Positions 28,575-43,335 of a DNA stretch of 64,000 nucleotides are shown here, piece after piece. The translations under genes and the position numbers were made by a program. Source of the stretch: the human T2T-CHM13v2.0 reference genome, Homo sapiens. The notes under the pieces are model-generated. The model was not told the DNA's origin. It ran no database searches and was given only the letters and a program-made list of their open reading frames with translations. The stretch is taken from the NCBI RefSeq assembly GCF_009914755.1, contig NC_060928.1, one strand, 5' to 3'. Positions within the stretch are counted from its first letter, which is position 1. Each line of letters opens with the position of its first letter.

Positions 28575-29319
28575 GTGAGCTTCATTACAAGTTTTAAAAA
28601 ATGAAGGCAACAACAGGTGAACTGTATGGTATGGGCATGATAACTTAATAGAGTGTTTTAAAATATGATGGCAGTTTATTTTCATCAATGGTTGGTCTTT
28701 TCATTATCAACATGAGAATAACAAATGTATCTTATATAAAATGAAGGATCAGGTTGATGTCTACTTGACATTCCCCATGAACTACACTGGTATTAGGGAG
28801 ACATTAGATACTCCCAGATATACTGGCTTTGGCTTCCTGGGAATGGAGTGTAGCTTGGTGACAGCTGGGCAGAGAGCCTCAGGCATGCTCCCCATTCCTG
28901 TGCAGAGGGCACAGCCATGGAAAGCATTTCTTGGACTTATTTATACCATCAGTACCCTAATGACAGAAGAAATACAGCTTATTTCATATTCATTTTTAAA
29001 AGTAACCTTAAACATCAGGAACACAAAAGAAGTGGTAGAGAATTCGGAGGTAATAGGGGAACAAAAAGCATTTAGTGTGATAATTTAGAGGGTGTGTGCA
29101 AACTTCATGCAGATTTAAATTTCCCAACAGCTTGCAAATAGGTTACTCAAGTATTCAAAAGCAGAAATTTCTAGAGGTGCATTAGTCGTAAAGGCCATGG
29201 AATGTAGCCTTTTATGTTTATTGTTTTCATTTACATTCTGTCCAACCCTGAGTCTTGTAGTCTAAAAGGGTGTGACATGTGTGTTCAATTGCATCCAAGA
29301 ATGTCTTCTGAAACTGAGT

Positions 29320-29887
<568 letters not shown>

Positions 29888-30349
29888 TGGCCATTGTTAC
29901 CCTTTTTGATACAGTTGTGAGGAGTGAAAAATACTCACGTTCAAAAAGGTACCTTTCAAGGCAGAGTCTCCCTCCTAAGAGATAAGGAATTTCAGAAACA
30001 CACCAGGAATCAAGGTGGATAGAGAGTTTCTCACCTCCTGAAAATTACAGTCTAAACTTTTGACTTCTTTTACCCCAGAGTATCTTAAGTTTGGGAGGAA
30101 ATGTTTGTGTTTTCTCTAAAAGAAAAGCACAGAAATATCTTCTGCCTAAATTATTATTATACAACTTGTTTTTTCTTCTTTTGAAACCTCTGTGGCAGAT
30201 AAAACTTGTATGTTAAAAAGGAATTTAAAAAGATAACACTTGCAAAATTTTGTGAAACCTAATATAATCTTCTCCAAAGTGTAACGCATTAGTTTTCCTT
30301 AAAGTAGAAATGGTTTCCATTTACTCCCTTCAAGATAAAACTAAGAATC

Positions 30350-30800
30350 TTAGGATGGTATGCAAGTTCTTCCATGATCTGGATCCGAGATTTGGATGCT
30401 AGCATGATGCCATAAAGCATTTCGCCAGCCCCGTAAGCCTATTTGTAGTTTCTTAAACATAGCCAGATCTTTCAGTAATCCATGTTTTTTCATTTACAGT
30501 ATTCTTCCTTCTGAACATTCATTCTTCCCCAGTCATTCAAGTTAGCTAGTTACTGCCTATACTTCAAAATTCATCACAAGTATATGCTTTTTAAGGAGGT
30601 GTGTTCTAAATGTCTCCATCTCCCACATCTGTTAAATTACTGGCTCTTAATCTGTTTAAAGCATCCCTTCAGACCTGTATCATGAAGTTTATTATCAGTG
30701 TTACGTTTGCCTTTTTGCTGGTCTCCACAACTCATTTGTTCATGACTTGAGAATAACGGGTCTTCATATCCCAAGACCAGGCACACAGGGGACTCAGTAA
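30350..30800 (+). mobile_element. L2 fragment
   Basis: Pyrimidine-rich L2 3' body (TTCCATGATCTGG..., CATATCCCAAGACCAGGCACA). Confidence 0.5.
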
Positions 30801-32959
30801 TTGGTCCTGTTTAGACTTGCGGATTGCACCCAATACAAAACCATGATAAGCAATGTTAAATGCCACAGCAGTGCCAGAGAATCAGTTAATAAATGCATAT
30901 GACAGATTATTATATCCATAGCAGAAGAGGTTATTTTAAGAACTACTGCTTGTTTTGTGTCTGAGTAAAGATGGAATATCAAACATAATTTCTTTACGAT
31001 CAAACGAAGCTTATTTCCAGATAGGAAGGCATTTTTTTTCCTTTTTTCTTTATTTTCAGTAAGGAATTAAATTAGAAAAATCATTTGCATTTTTACATTT
31101 GTCTTCTCTGAATATGCAGGGCTGGTTGAATTCTGTCTGACACCTTCACAGAACTCGCTTAAGTAAGCTTTCCATTACTAAATAAATTGCATCCATTCTA
31201 ATTAAAGATATGTAGAGCATACTACTCGGACAGGAGAAGCAAAGTGCTATGAAGAGCTAGAGCTTCCATGGTAACCCTGCTAGGGATAATATAATTGATT
31301 CAAATGGTCTCTCCTGCCACATACTGATTCCATGCCAACAAGCCTTGAAAACTGTCCATCATTTCACAGAGCTAGTTATAGACCAAGTCCAGCTAAGACA
31401 AATAAATGGTGATAGAACTTCCAGAGACAATTACTACAATGAATCATGAAAGACACTCCTTGCTTTCTAGCTCATTTAGTGATTGATTACCATCAACAAG
31501 GTTTAAATAATTATGTAGTGAATATATGAGTAATTTACAGAAAGAAAGGGAAATACGTGTATCAATTCTTTTTGTATAGGGGATCTGCTGTGGGAGAAAT
31601 AACTCAAAACTCAAATGGTATAGGCACCACATTAGGCTTAATATTGGTACATCATTCTGCCTCATTGCTGGTTGTTTGCATCCAAGCTTGTCAGGCAATG
31701 TGTGAGAATATTATGCACACATAATAGGAAGTGATAAAGCCCCATGAAAATGAAGATTCAGAAAGTGAGAAAAGCACAGTACTTTTTCATTCCCCTTACA
31801 ACATATTATAGTTCCTCTGGTCCTAACCAGAGTGAGATAGAGAAATGAGTTGATTTCTGTAAACCAAACTTCTCAACTCTAGTAGCTCATATTCCTGACA
31901 TTCGCTTTGGTTGCTGAATTTGTCAGCAGCACTCGAGGTTGATCAGGTGGTGTTTCACTGGAAGATTGGTATTTGTGCGTAGTGGTGGTGGTGGCGGGTA
32001 CTTGCTATTTAGGATGCCATTTGCACTAAACCAATTTCATCAATATCCTGGTTAGACTAACTTGTTCAAACATTCACTTCACTCCAGGTATTTCCCACAC
32101 TTTAAATTTGCTCCCGCATTGCTATCTAGGTTACACTTAATAGCCTGCTGATTTAGAAGCCAGTCTCTCAGTCAATCATCAAGTTATCAGGCAATTCGTT
32201 TAGATTAAACCTAGTGGAATACTCACATTGAGCTCTTTCAGCTTATATTTGCTTTTGAAAATCTTGAGATTTCAAGCTTTCATATATTTCACTGCCTCTT
32301 TAACAAAATGTTAGCACTATCTTTTAATATACTTTTTTCAATATGTATTGGTACCTAAAGCCATAATAAATTCCTTTAATAAAAATGCGCCAATAGATTC
32401 ATTTTCTTCTTTTTTGCTGCACAATATTATCTCATAGTGTCAGTGATGGAAATCTGCTCTCTATTTTTAGAGGGTGGGATGAAGTAAAGAAGGCTTATAA
32501 GTTGGCTCTAAATTCTAGAAGCTGAAATCCAAGGATCATTCCAAAAGTCGGCAGGTGATTTCCTATCTTTGTTCTTGTTTTGCTCTGAAAGAATTCCTCT
32601 CTTAAATACTAACCTGTTGAACTACTACCATACATTTAAATACTACCTAAAACTTTCTACCTTTTCCCTTCCAATTGCATTTGATCATGCCATGTTCTCA
32701 ACCTTCACAGAATTTTAAAACAGTTTCCAGCTATCCCTTAACACAAGGGATATTTATGTGTGCATTTATATATTCAAGTGATCATAGAAATTTAGTCTTT
32801 TATAAATCTCTATATACTTTTCTATTTTTGTTTAAATTAAAATATAGAAAGGAAATAGAGCAAGACACCTTTATACATACTACGTAGCTATCTACATATT
32901 TATTAACAATCTTTCAAATTAAAAAAACACAGGGTTGAAATCATATATTCTTTTCTTCT

Positions 32960-33500
32960 TCAGACCAAGTCCCTCCTTCTTCCTATTCTGTCCAACAGGT
33001 TAAAAACAATCGTTAATTCATTATGCATTATCCTTACAATCCATTTTTGAAATAGACACATATTATCTATGCATGAGCAATATATCATACTGTGAGATTT
33101 TTTTCTTAATTTACATAAATTCTACTCTAGTGTATTATTATGTTACATCTTATTTTTGGTGTTCTACATTAATTTTGAGATTTCTGTTATTTCATATTAA
33201 CCTAGTTAATTGCTTTAACCTGCTGAATAGTATCTCCTTGTAAGAATCTTTCACAATTTTGAATACTGTTAGCTCTACCTTCAAAATATATTCAAAATCC
33301 AACTACTTCTCACCACTTCCAGGCTACCACTCTGAATTATCCTGTCTTGTTTGGATTATTGAACAGTCTTCTACCGTTCTGCATGCTTCCTCTTCAGAGA
33401 CCTTAAATCTATTCTCAAAACAGTCAGAGTGACTCTTTTAAAAGGTATGTCATATTATGCCACTAACCTATTTGAAATCCTCACGTGGCTTTGCCTCTCT
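32960..33500. mobile_element. Old L1M fragment (-) followed by an L2 fragment (+, from ~33265)
   Basis: TTTTGAGATT...TTAACCTGCTGAATAGTAT (L1ME-like); CTCTACCTTCAAAATATATTCAAAATCCAACTACTTCTCACCAC (L2). Confidence 0.55.
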
Positions 33501-34430
33501 TTCACTCAACACTTCCAACAATGCTGCATTTAAGTTTTACTACTAGGTGGGAGAGTTTCTCTAAGATGAATGCCTGTAAATGAAATTCTCTCTCTTTCAT
33601 ATTATTTTCCCAAGTGATTACAGAAAGATTTATAGTCACAGCAGTGACATATAAACTGTTCTTTTAAAGCCTTCATAGAACCCTAGCACATAGCTTTGTA
33701 GACAATAGATGGCAAATAATTATTTAAATCCTTCATCCTTCAAGAAACAGTTCCTGTATTAGCCACCTGCCATAACTGTTTTTCTGTATCTCTTTCAGAA
33801 AGATTCATGCTTGGCCTTCCTGTATAGAAATTTTGTAAGTGCTTTCATTTTTGCATCTTCATGCTTCTTATTGTAATTATGTATGTCTGCTCCCCACCTG
33901 CCCACCCCCATCACCCACTTCCCCACCATATTAGTGCTCGTTCTCTGGAACTGGGTCTTCATTGCACCCTAGTATCTAAGAAGAAAATGAGTATATTCAA
34001 ATTGGAGATGATCTACTACCAAGAACAGAGGAATTTTCTTACATATGTAATCCCCTTTTCATATCACCATAGTTGCTATTGGTGATTGACAGATATTGCT
34101 ATTTTTTTCCATTTTATAGATGACAAAATTGAGGGCTATTATTTTCCCATTGATAAAGAAGTAGGAAAAGGCAGAATGTACATTGTAAAAACGCTACACT
34201 AAAACCTAAGCATATTTTACTCTTGTCTGGGACATAGAAAGTGCTTTGTATACCCTTTTACTAAAAAACTTCCTAAGATAATACTATGTAAATATTGCCA
34301 TATTTGATTAGCCAATGTAAGATTTTATTTACTTTGATCATATTCTTAAGTAAAAACAGCCTCAACAACTGGAAAAAAATACAATTTTCCTGTCTTTTAC
34401 CCATAGGTTGTGAGTGTGTCTCTCTGTGTG

Positions 34431-34533
34431 TGGCAGGGTGGGGGTCTGGGGGATGATGAGGGAGAGGGAGGGAGAGGGAGAGGGAGAGGGGGAGAGAGAG
34501 AGAGAGAGGGAGAGAGAGAGGGAGAGAGAGAGA
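34431..34533. repeat. G-run / (GA)n purine tract
   Basis: GGGTGGGGGTCTGGGGG...GAGGGAGAGGGAGGGAGAGG...(GA)n. Confidence 0.9.
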
Positions 34534-35834
34534 TCCTATATTGTGCTTCTAGTTTTAAGGTCAAGTATAGATCACTCTTAATTTGAGGGATTTTTGACAG
34601 TTATTGATGGTTTGACTTTCAAGAATAAATCAATGAAATGCTGAGAAACAAAAAGCACCTTAAAGCTTACTTCGACAAAGTGGCCATGAATGAAGAAAAT
34701 GAGACATTGTTAATCTGAAGCCATAATCATATTTTTGGCTATAGATTAACTACTTATTACTCACCATATTGGACAGACCTACTTTGTTCCTATACAACCC
34801 TCAAAACTCATTTTCCTCCATGTTCCAATACCTTTCCCCACTACTCACAGATACACTATATTTCCATTGGTGACACACACACACACACACACACGAATTG
34901 GCTTGAAAAATAGCCCATTTGTTTTCACAACAAAGGGAGAGGCACCTGATAAGATTGTTGCAAGGTATATGTTCTCAGCACAGCACCATTAGCTCTAGGA
35001 TGCAAGCCCCAGTGTGCTTGCCTCTTTGCTTTTTTCATCTGAAGAGTCAAAGCTCTTGTTTATTGCTACTGAAAGGCAGCTGTGGGTGAAATCAGCAGTG
35101 TCATTGTCCAAAGATTCTGGCAATGGGTTTAAGTAAACAACTAAGGGATGTTCTGTGCCTTCGTTAATAACTAAATGTCGGTGTGAGAGAAGGGACGAGA
35201 TGTCATTTCTTCCAGTTACCCCACTGGCTTTATTGAAAACTCAGTTTTGAACAATGATTCTCTGCCTTTTCACTGTCACCCAATTAAGCTTGAAGCTTTT
35301 ATTTTACCTTTTCAAGATCTCTATACCTCTCCAGGAGGAACAGGACACAATAGAGGGTTTTCACAGCATTGCAGGCAGATAGTAGATTTGTAATGATTAG
35401 CAATGACACATTCTATTTTGGGACTAGATTTATCATTCATATGCTTTCATTCTCCAGGTAGTATTTTTACTCAACTTTTAAAAATACTTGGCATTCTTGG
35501 CTCATTCATGTACATAGAAAAGATATGTAGCATTACTCCCACCCAAATCCTTTCAAGTTATGTTGAATGTTGTCACTGAAATCATGTGTCATGTGTAACA
35601 GAGCTCAACCACTGAGCTGACGATTCCTGCAGATGAGTTAAAGTTTGAATTCACTATATTGATTTATTCTTAGTTTTAAAAGCCAACTTGGGCTTCATAT
35701 CTTGCCAAAGATTACCTATTTATAATCATTATAACCATGTCAGTGGGTGCAATGGAATTGGGTCTTCTCAGCCATTTTGGAATTACCAAGGAATAAATTA
35801 ATCTTTCTACGACTCCCAGCTTTATTTTCTGTCA

Positions 35835-36520
35835 ACAGCTATTCATTGAGGAGGAGTAAGTATTAAATTGTGAGACGCCCTGGAGATACAGCAGTGAGCG
35901 CAAAGAGACCCAGTAACTCCCACATATCACCAATGGTCTAGCATGGAGTCATATATTAGTCAAACACATGCATATTTAAGTAAATCATTGAAAGTATCAA
36001 CAGGCTGCAAAAGAGACAGGAGCTACAGGAGCCTAAGAAAATGGAACAGCAAATGTTGAGGAAAGGGGAAACATTTCAAAAAGTTATCCTAAGTAAATGT
36101 TGTATGACCTTGGGATGTATGCAGGATGTGGGAATGGATGGACGAACAGATTTTCCAACAGAGATAACAGCACATGCTGAAATATGTAGTATTTGGAATA
36201 AGAACAGGACAGAGAAAACTCTGCCATGGACAGAGGTCATTGAAAGAGACAGTATGGCAGGCCATGAGCCCAGTGAGGTAAACAGGAACATTCAGGACAT
36301 CACAGGCCATGTTAAAGACTATGGCTTTTATTCTAAGGGCAATGGAAGATATAGATGGGCTTTAAGCAGGACAGTGATCTGACCAGGTTTATGTTAAAAG
36401 AAGAATCACTCATATTAAAATTGAGGATAGTCATATCTTGCATTGACAATATCAAAGGAGCAGTATAATGATCCAAGAGGACCAATAAGTTCAAAGTAAA
36501 AAGATAAATTCCAAGCATCC
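35835..36520 (-). mobile_element. L2
   Basis: CTATTCATTGAG...CTGGAGATACAGCAGTGA; AGGCCATGTTAAAGACTATGGCTTTTATTCTAAGGGCAATGG..TTTAAGCAGG. Confidence 0.75.
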
Positions 36521-36925
36521 AGTAGAGTTAATAGGTGCACTCTCAGGGTATAATTGTAGCTATAAGAGTATCTGCTTCAATCTATTATTCAAAAACATAC
36601 ATCAATGCTCAAATTTTACAATTCTTCACTTAAAATGGAGCACCAATAGATGATCCCAAGATTTAGTAACATCTACACCTGCAGTAGCCTTTAAATCTGG
36701 TTAATAAAGATGCCTATTGCCACTTAATTGTTTTATCTACTGCACAGCAAGCTGAACCCATGGCTCAAATCTGAATTATCCATGAAACAAAATACCAGAA
36801 ACTATAAATGAAGTATTACCACACATCCTTTGATATAACCATTATTAAAACCTTAAAGATAAAATTTATTAGCACATATTTATTGAGTGCCCACAATGTT
36901 CCAGATACTGTGTATACAACAGTGA

Positions 36926-37328
36926 TTACCACCATTTGAATTGTGTCTCCCAAAATTCATATGTTGAAGTCCTAACTGCCAGTACCTCAGAATATGACTG
37001 CATTTGGAGACAGAGCATTTAAAGAGGTAGTTAAGTTAAAATGATGTCATTAGGGTGGGCTCTAATCCAATGTGACTTGTGCCTATTGTCAGAAGAAGAA
37101 ATCTGGACACATAAAGAAACACCTGGGATGTACACACACAGAGAAAAGATCAAGACTCAGCAAGAAGTCGGCCATCTGCAAGCCAAGGAGTGAGGTACCC
37201 AAAGAAACCAACCCTGCTGACACCTTGATCTTGGACATGCAGCCTCCAGAACTGTGATCAATAAATTTCTGGTGTTTATGCCACACAGTCTGTGATAGTT
37301 TGTTATGGCAGCCCTAGAAAGGAATACA
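36926..37328 (+). mobile_element. MLT1B-like solo LTR inserted in an L2 end
   Basis: TGAATTGTGTCTCCCAAAATTCATATGTTGAAGTCC...GCCTCCAGAACTGTGA...GCAGCCCTAG..GAATACA. Confidence 0.88.
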
Positions 37329-37734
37329 TTTAGCAAGTTATAAATCTTTTTTTTTTTCTAACAGTTTACGATCTGGTGGGGAACAGAGATAAAGGTGCAA
37401 AAAGAGAGAGAATAGCTTCTTTGATAAGGGGAATATAAGGTGCTATGGGACACCTACCCTTAATTTCGGGGTCAGAAAATGATCACTGGAGAAATGTATC
37501 TCTATGTTGAAGTCTATGTAGGAGTAGCAAGACAAAAAAAAAAAAAAAAGAGGGTGGAAGAGTTTTAGAAAAAGAATGCATGCAATTACTCATGCAAAAA
37601 CCCATAAGACAGGATGACAGTGTGAGGATCTGGATACTTTGCATGGAGGGGATCACTAAGTGAATATTTGCTGATTTTTTAAATAGATTTATCTATTACA
37701 TTGTGGTTAAAATACCTTCCGATTTTACCTGGAT

Positions 37735-38442
37735 TTATGCAAATGCCTATTCATTGGTTTTCCTGCTTCCATTCTCTGTCCCTACTACGCTGTATCACCA
37801 CAACACCCAGAGGGTTCATTAAAAAATCTGAATTACATCTAGTCACTGTCCTTAAGTAGGCTTGGGGGCTTCCTACAGCACTACCAAATAAGCAAATACA
37901 TAGATAAATAAGCAACTAAATATATTAATAAATAACCTCTTACCTGCAAAGTTTGATATGATCTAGCTCATGCCTACCTCTCATACCTACTTTAATTCTA
38001 CTCTCTGACCCACCCTACCTCACCCCATCCCCAGCCACATGGGCTTCTTGCAGGGCCACAAGAGCACGCCGAGCTCAGTCCTACCTCACAGCCTTGTACT
38101 TGTTCTTCCCTCTATCCAGAATACACTTTCACCAGGTTTTTGCATGTCTATCTCCTTATCTCATCACCTCCTCAGAAAGTCTCTAACTCACCTGTCTAAA
38201 TACTCCTTCCCTCCACTCCTCTATGGAATTATGTATTGTATCACCATCATTTATTTTTTATGTTAAATAGCATTTATCCTATATTAAAACATATTAAGGG
38301 CTTTTTTCTCCTATCATCTCTCTTTCTACCCAAACTAAAATTTAAACTCTATGGGAGTAGAAGTCTCATCTGATTGTATATTGCAAATCAAAGTGACTGG
38401 AACACAGTAGATATTAAATAAGTATGTGTTGAATGAGTAATA
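37735..38442 (+). mobile_element. L2 3' portion
   Basis: TCCTGCTTCCATTCT..., CCTACCTCACAGCCTTGTACTTG, ending TATGTGTTGAATGAGTAA. Confidence 0.75.
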
Positions 38443-39449
38443 TTAAACCATCCAAGTTGACTCTGATTGTAAATTCATATAATCTATCCTAAACATGAAA
38501 CAGGGAACAATGGGAAGATTTTGAACTATTCCTAGAAAGTAGAGACAAATGTAATCCCATGGTACAAAAAAGGCAGCATTAAAACTACCTCCCAGATTGA
38601 TGTGGAATAACTTGTAGCATGTTAAGCCTGTGCCTGTAAGAACACATTGAACATTTCCCGTGTGCTCACATATCACAGTGAATCAGAAAGGACAGAATTG
38701 ATCCAGAGAATTTGCCCCAGAGAATTTGCCAACTGGTATTGTCATTTGATTCTGAGTAAGATGCTTAACCATATAAAGTGTACTGTAAATTATGGATGAC
38801 AACACTGGCCACATCTACATCACATAGAGATAGTTTGGGAGGTAATGAGATTTTTACTTGAAATAGCTGAGCTCCCTGGAGAGAAGGCAGAAAGGGGAGA
38901 TGAAATAAATTGCAGCCAAATACCATTAACTCTATATATTTACAACATAATTTACACTGATATACTAAGCTATCGTGTCATTAAGAGGGGCGCTTTGTCT
39001 CTTTTCTGCAGATTGCCTCCCTTATTGATCTCCATTTATTTATCTTCTACACTTTATGGAACAGGGTTTCCTGGGGCTTTGTCAATACAGACTTTCAGGG
39101 TTGACAGACAGTACTAGAAGCAACTGGGTAGAGGATAGCACTGCCACAAAGGCACATCTAGCCCAAAGGGTAATGGCATTCAGAGTTTTGGAGGCATAGA
39201 TTTAGATGAATGTGTTGCTTAAAATTGGAGTGAGAGAGGTGACCAATATTGTTCTGGTTAAAGGGTGTTCATGGCCAAACTCTATTTACCAGACTATGAG
39301 AGCAAATGCTGGGTGATTTAAGTAGGAGTCAAGACAGAACCACCAGCAGGAGGTGGGATAAATGTTAACAGAGAATGCTCCACACAAGACTCTAAGGCTC
39401 TACAAAGGGTTCTGGGCCTAGCAGAAAATAAGAATACAAAGATGAAGAG

Positions 39450-39730
39450 TATATAGTACAATGGTTAGGACTGTGGGCTCCCATACCGGAATGCCTGTAT
39501 TTGAATCCTCTGTCTCTTCCACTTCCTAAGTTAAGGGACCTCAAGCAATTGACTTTTCTTCTTTAAAAAGAAGATTCAATTTCTTAATCTCCATAAGCGA
39601 TCAGTGCTAAAACATATAGAATGATTGCGAATAGCAAAAGGATTCACATATTTAAAACATCTAGATAGGATTCAGCCACATAAGGAATAGTAAATTTTGT
39701 TTTTCATTGTCATTGTCATCACCATCATAT
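39450..39730 (+). mobile_element. MIR
   Basis: TATAGTACAATGGTTAGGA...GCCTGTATTTGAATCC...CCACTTCCT. Confidence 0.7.
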
Positions 39731-42700
39731 CCCTTATCAAGGTACTAGATTGTGGCCGTGAAGCTTAGACCGAGAGATTAGATGGGGCAGGTGCTGATGG
39801 AGCCAACCAGAAACATTTCAAACCAGGTGCCACAGATTTAACTGTGGAATATCAGATACAAAAGTCTATTGGACAAATGAGTGTGTCCCAAGTGCCACTA
39901 AATTATGGAACCTAGTTTTCCAATAATTTTGCTGACCAAGTCAAAACTAGCTCAAACAAGTGATTGAGTAGATACAACTTAGGGAGAACTGGGACAAACC
40001 ATGGGAACTTGATGATCTAACGGTCATCAATCAAGGAAAAAATATCACACTTGTCTCTTTCAAAGGCTAGATTTTAGTCTGTAATGGGTCGTATAAATAT
40101 GAGGAAATTACTTTTTAGTAGCAGATAATGTAGAAACAATAAAGAAATTAACTAACTTTTCAGAACCTTGTGGTTTGTATGCAATTGCATTTTTCATTAT
40201 GTTCTTGTATCCTTGCTCTTTCTTAAGGCGGAATTACCTTTCCTCTTAGACAATAAAGAGAAATTGAACAACTGCTGAGACAATCATTTTCTTTACTAAA
40301 TAGACATGAAGTTCCTCAAATAGTATATAAGAGAGATGATCTTTGTTTTACTGTTTATGGTGCCAGTCATCTGGCCTCTAAATTGACCTGCAAGCAGGGC
40401 TATACTTTGACCACTGTTTATATTCCAACCAGATGCAAGTGGAGTTATGAAAGACTGTCATAAAAAAAAAGAACTCAGGAAAATGCTCTCCATATTCTCT
40501 GTATCTCCTGTTGGCAAAACACATAATTTCCCCTGTTGTGATACACCTTAATCAAAATTCTCAATGCATTTGTTAATTCATAAAATATTTCTGAGGATTA
40601 CTATTAGTCACACATGTGTTTGGCAACACCAAGGCTGCAATGAACAAGGAACATTTAGTCCCAGCCTTACAAAATCCTACTTTCTAGCAGATTCAGTATA
40701 AACAGATAACTAAGGAACATGTACATTTTCATTCCTCAGGTGAGGGAGGGGACACGACTAACATTTTTAGAGTGTTTATGGTGCCAGACACCACGCTGGA
40801 CACTCTATAGATCTTTGGAGGGGCAGCTTATCTTTCTGCAGGTATACTCAGTCAACTACATCACCACTGTAGCTGCCTATCCAGCCTCAAAATCTTCAAG
40901 GAAATAAGTCCACAAAGCTTGAAAGGAACAGGACATCCAGAAAGCTCTACACATACTATCCTTCCTCCTGCACAGTGTAAACTTTGAATTCTCATTTTAG
41001 TAGCTAACCCACCAGAGAGCGATAACTTCATTTTGCTATGGGCTACAGGAGGTGAAGATAGAAACTGCATTTTGGAGGCAATGGCCTGAAGGTAGGTTAT
41101 TTCCATGCCTAGACTTAGAACATGTTATCTTTAAACAGAGCAGGCAGGAGAAGGAAAGGAAGGAATATCAATTGATGCCATTGCCTTCACAAATCCTTGA
41201 TGAACTGCTCAGTAGGGACTAAATAATTGGTAATAGCTATTGTGTTTATTGTGTATAGCTAAACCAGAAATGAGTGTTCATGGAAATGTCATTCTATAAC
41301 CAAGAAAAAAATAAGGAACAATGATCAGTTTGACATTTTAAACAAGAGGCATATTTTCATTTGGTTCAATAAGAAAAGTTTCTAAGCAACGTTTAATTAT
41401 ATTTTACACCAGATTTCAGGTGTGCTTAATTGCAGTATTAACTTCTTTACCAAGGTCTCCTAAAATACACTTGGTTACTATTCTGAGAATGTCTTCAGTC
41501 TCTCTTCATGAAACTTGGTGAGACAACAAACAAATGATATGTCATCAAAATTAACTTGTTAAAGGGAACAAGAATTAAAATTATACCTTAAAAACTTTTC
41601 CATTTCTGAAAAGAAAAACAACGCACACTATTAAATTCCTGGCTCAGAAGGTGAACCAATATGAATCCTTTCTTGAATCTAATCAATCATTTTGGCTTGC
41701 TTGGGACTATAAGGTTTTGTGGACAGTGGAGTTTCAGTGTTAAAATGGCAGGGTTCCCAGAAAACCAGAATGAGTTACTCACCTTCCTCTCTTCATAGAT
41801 TTGTCGTGATAATTAAATAAAATAATGTCTATCAAAGGCATATCATAAAATACTTTGTACTCACAAGCATTGCGAAATGTCAGCCATTGTCAAAGTACTT
41901 ACTATGACAGGTGTGGTGCTAAGCAGTTAGTTTTACAAGAGACCTTTCTGCTCCTGAATATCTCAGCTTGCATAATGGACGTCAGGGACAGCTCAGAGAG
42001 GGGAATGAGTGGAGAGCAATAGATATCCTTTTCTCTGGGACGGGATGAAAGGCATTTACATACAAAATTGCAATAGTAGGGACAGCTGGAGAGGGCTGCT
42101 TTGAGCCTGAGAATAGGCTCTTGAGAAAGATTTCAGGTGTGCTGAAAGATTTCAGGTGTGCTGAAAGAAAGAATGAGGGAAGCTAGTGAATTATCTATAG
42201 CTGAGTAAATTATAACGGATTACCATCACTAAAATATATTTATTTTATAGTCTAAAAGCAAATGTTATATTTTACATATATATGTAACCATATATAATAA
42301 ATATATATGTAATAATAAATATATATAATTTTAAAAAGCCTCAACTGTTCCACACTAACTATACCTCTGAATCTGAATTTTCTAGGCTGTATATGACATA
42401 AGAAGTGTCCCTATTTCATAATGAGGCTTTCTTCAATGAGTAAGTGAGATAATTTATGTCTATCACTTTTCATGTTTTAAGTACTCAATATACCCATCGA
42501 TTATTATCTTTTTATCTTTTTATAACAGTTTTATTGGGGTATAATCAACATATCATATAATTTAACCTGTTAAAGTGAATTATATTGAGTGAATTCAATA
42601 GTGTTCAGTACATGCACAGTTGTGCAACAGTCACCACAATTAATTTTAGAAGATCTTTGCCCTCCAAAACATCCTTCTATCCTTTTAGCTATTACCCTCC

Positions 42701-43016
42701 ACTTTTCCCCAACACTCCAGGCCTAGGCAACCACTCTAGAGAATTGCCTGTCCTGGATATTTCATGTATATTTCATTTAATTAAAATTAAACAATATGTA
42801 GTCTTTTGTGACTGGCTTCATTCATTTAGCATAATATGATGACCCATGTTGTATCAGTAAATCATTTCTTTTTATTGCTGAATAATATTTCATTGTATAC
42901 ATGTAATAACTTTATTTATAACTTGATAGACATTTGGGTTGTTTTCATCTTTTGAGTATTATAAATAATACTGTCATGAACATTCATGTGCAAGCTTTAT
43001 GTTGACATATATTGTC

Positions 43017-43312
43017 TTGTTTTTTTTTTTCCTTGAGACAGAATCTCACTCTGTTACACCAGCTGAAGTTCAGTGGCACAATCAAGGCTCATTGCAGCCT
43101 TGACCTCCCTGGGCTCAGGTGATCCTCCCACCGCAACTTCCTTAGAAGCTGGGACTATAGGTGTGTGCCACCATACCTAACTAATTTTTTTTATAGAGAT
43201 AGGGGTTTCACCGTGTTGCCCAGGCAGTTCTGAAAGTCCTGGGCTCAAGCAATCCATCTGCCTCAGTCTCCCAAAGTGCCGGGATTACAAGTGTGAGCCA
43301 CTGCACCCAGCA
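43017..43312 (-). mobile_element. AluJ
   Basis: GCAGCCTTGACCTCC and GGGCTCAAGCAATCC J-type diagnostics; TSD GACATATATT(G/C)TC. Confidence 0.9.
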
Positions 43313-43335
43313 CACAGACATATATTCTCATCTCT

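Noticed and set aside
28741-29088. 115-aa ATG ORF in non-repeat sequence (also 16584-16919 and 63670-63984)
   Set aside because: No recognisable domain, promoter or splice context; the length is within chance expectation for 64 kb
31896-31928. Possible pre-miRNA hairpin TGACATTC...GAATTTGTCA
   Set aside because: The stem is too short and interrupted, and I recognise no miRNA
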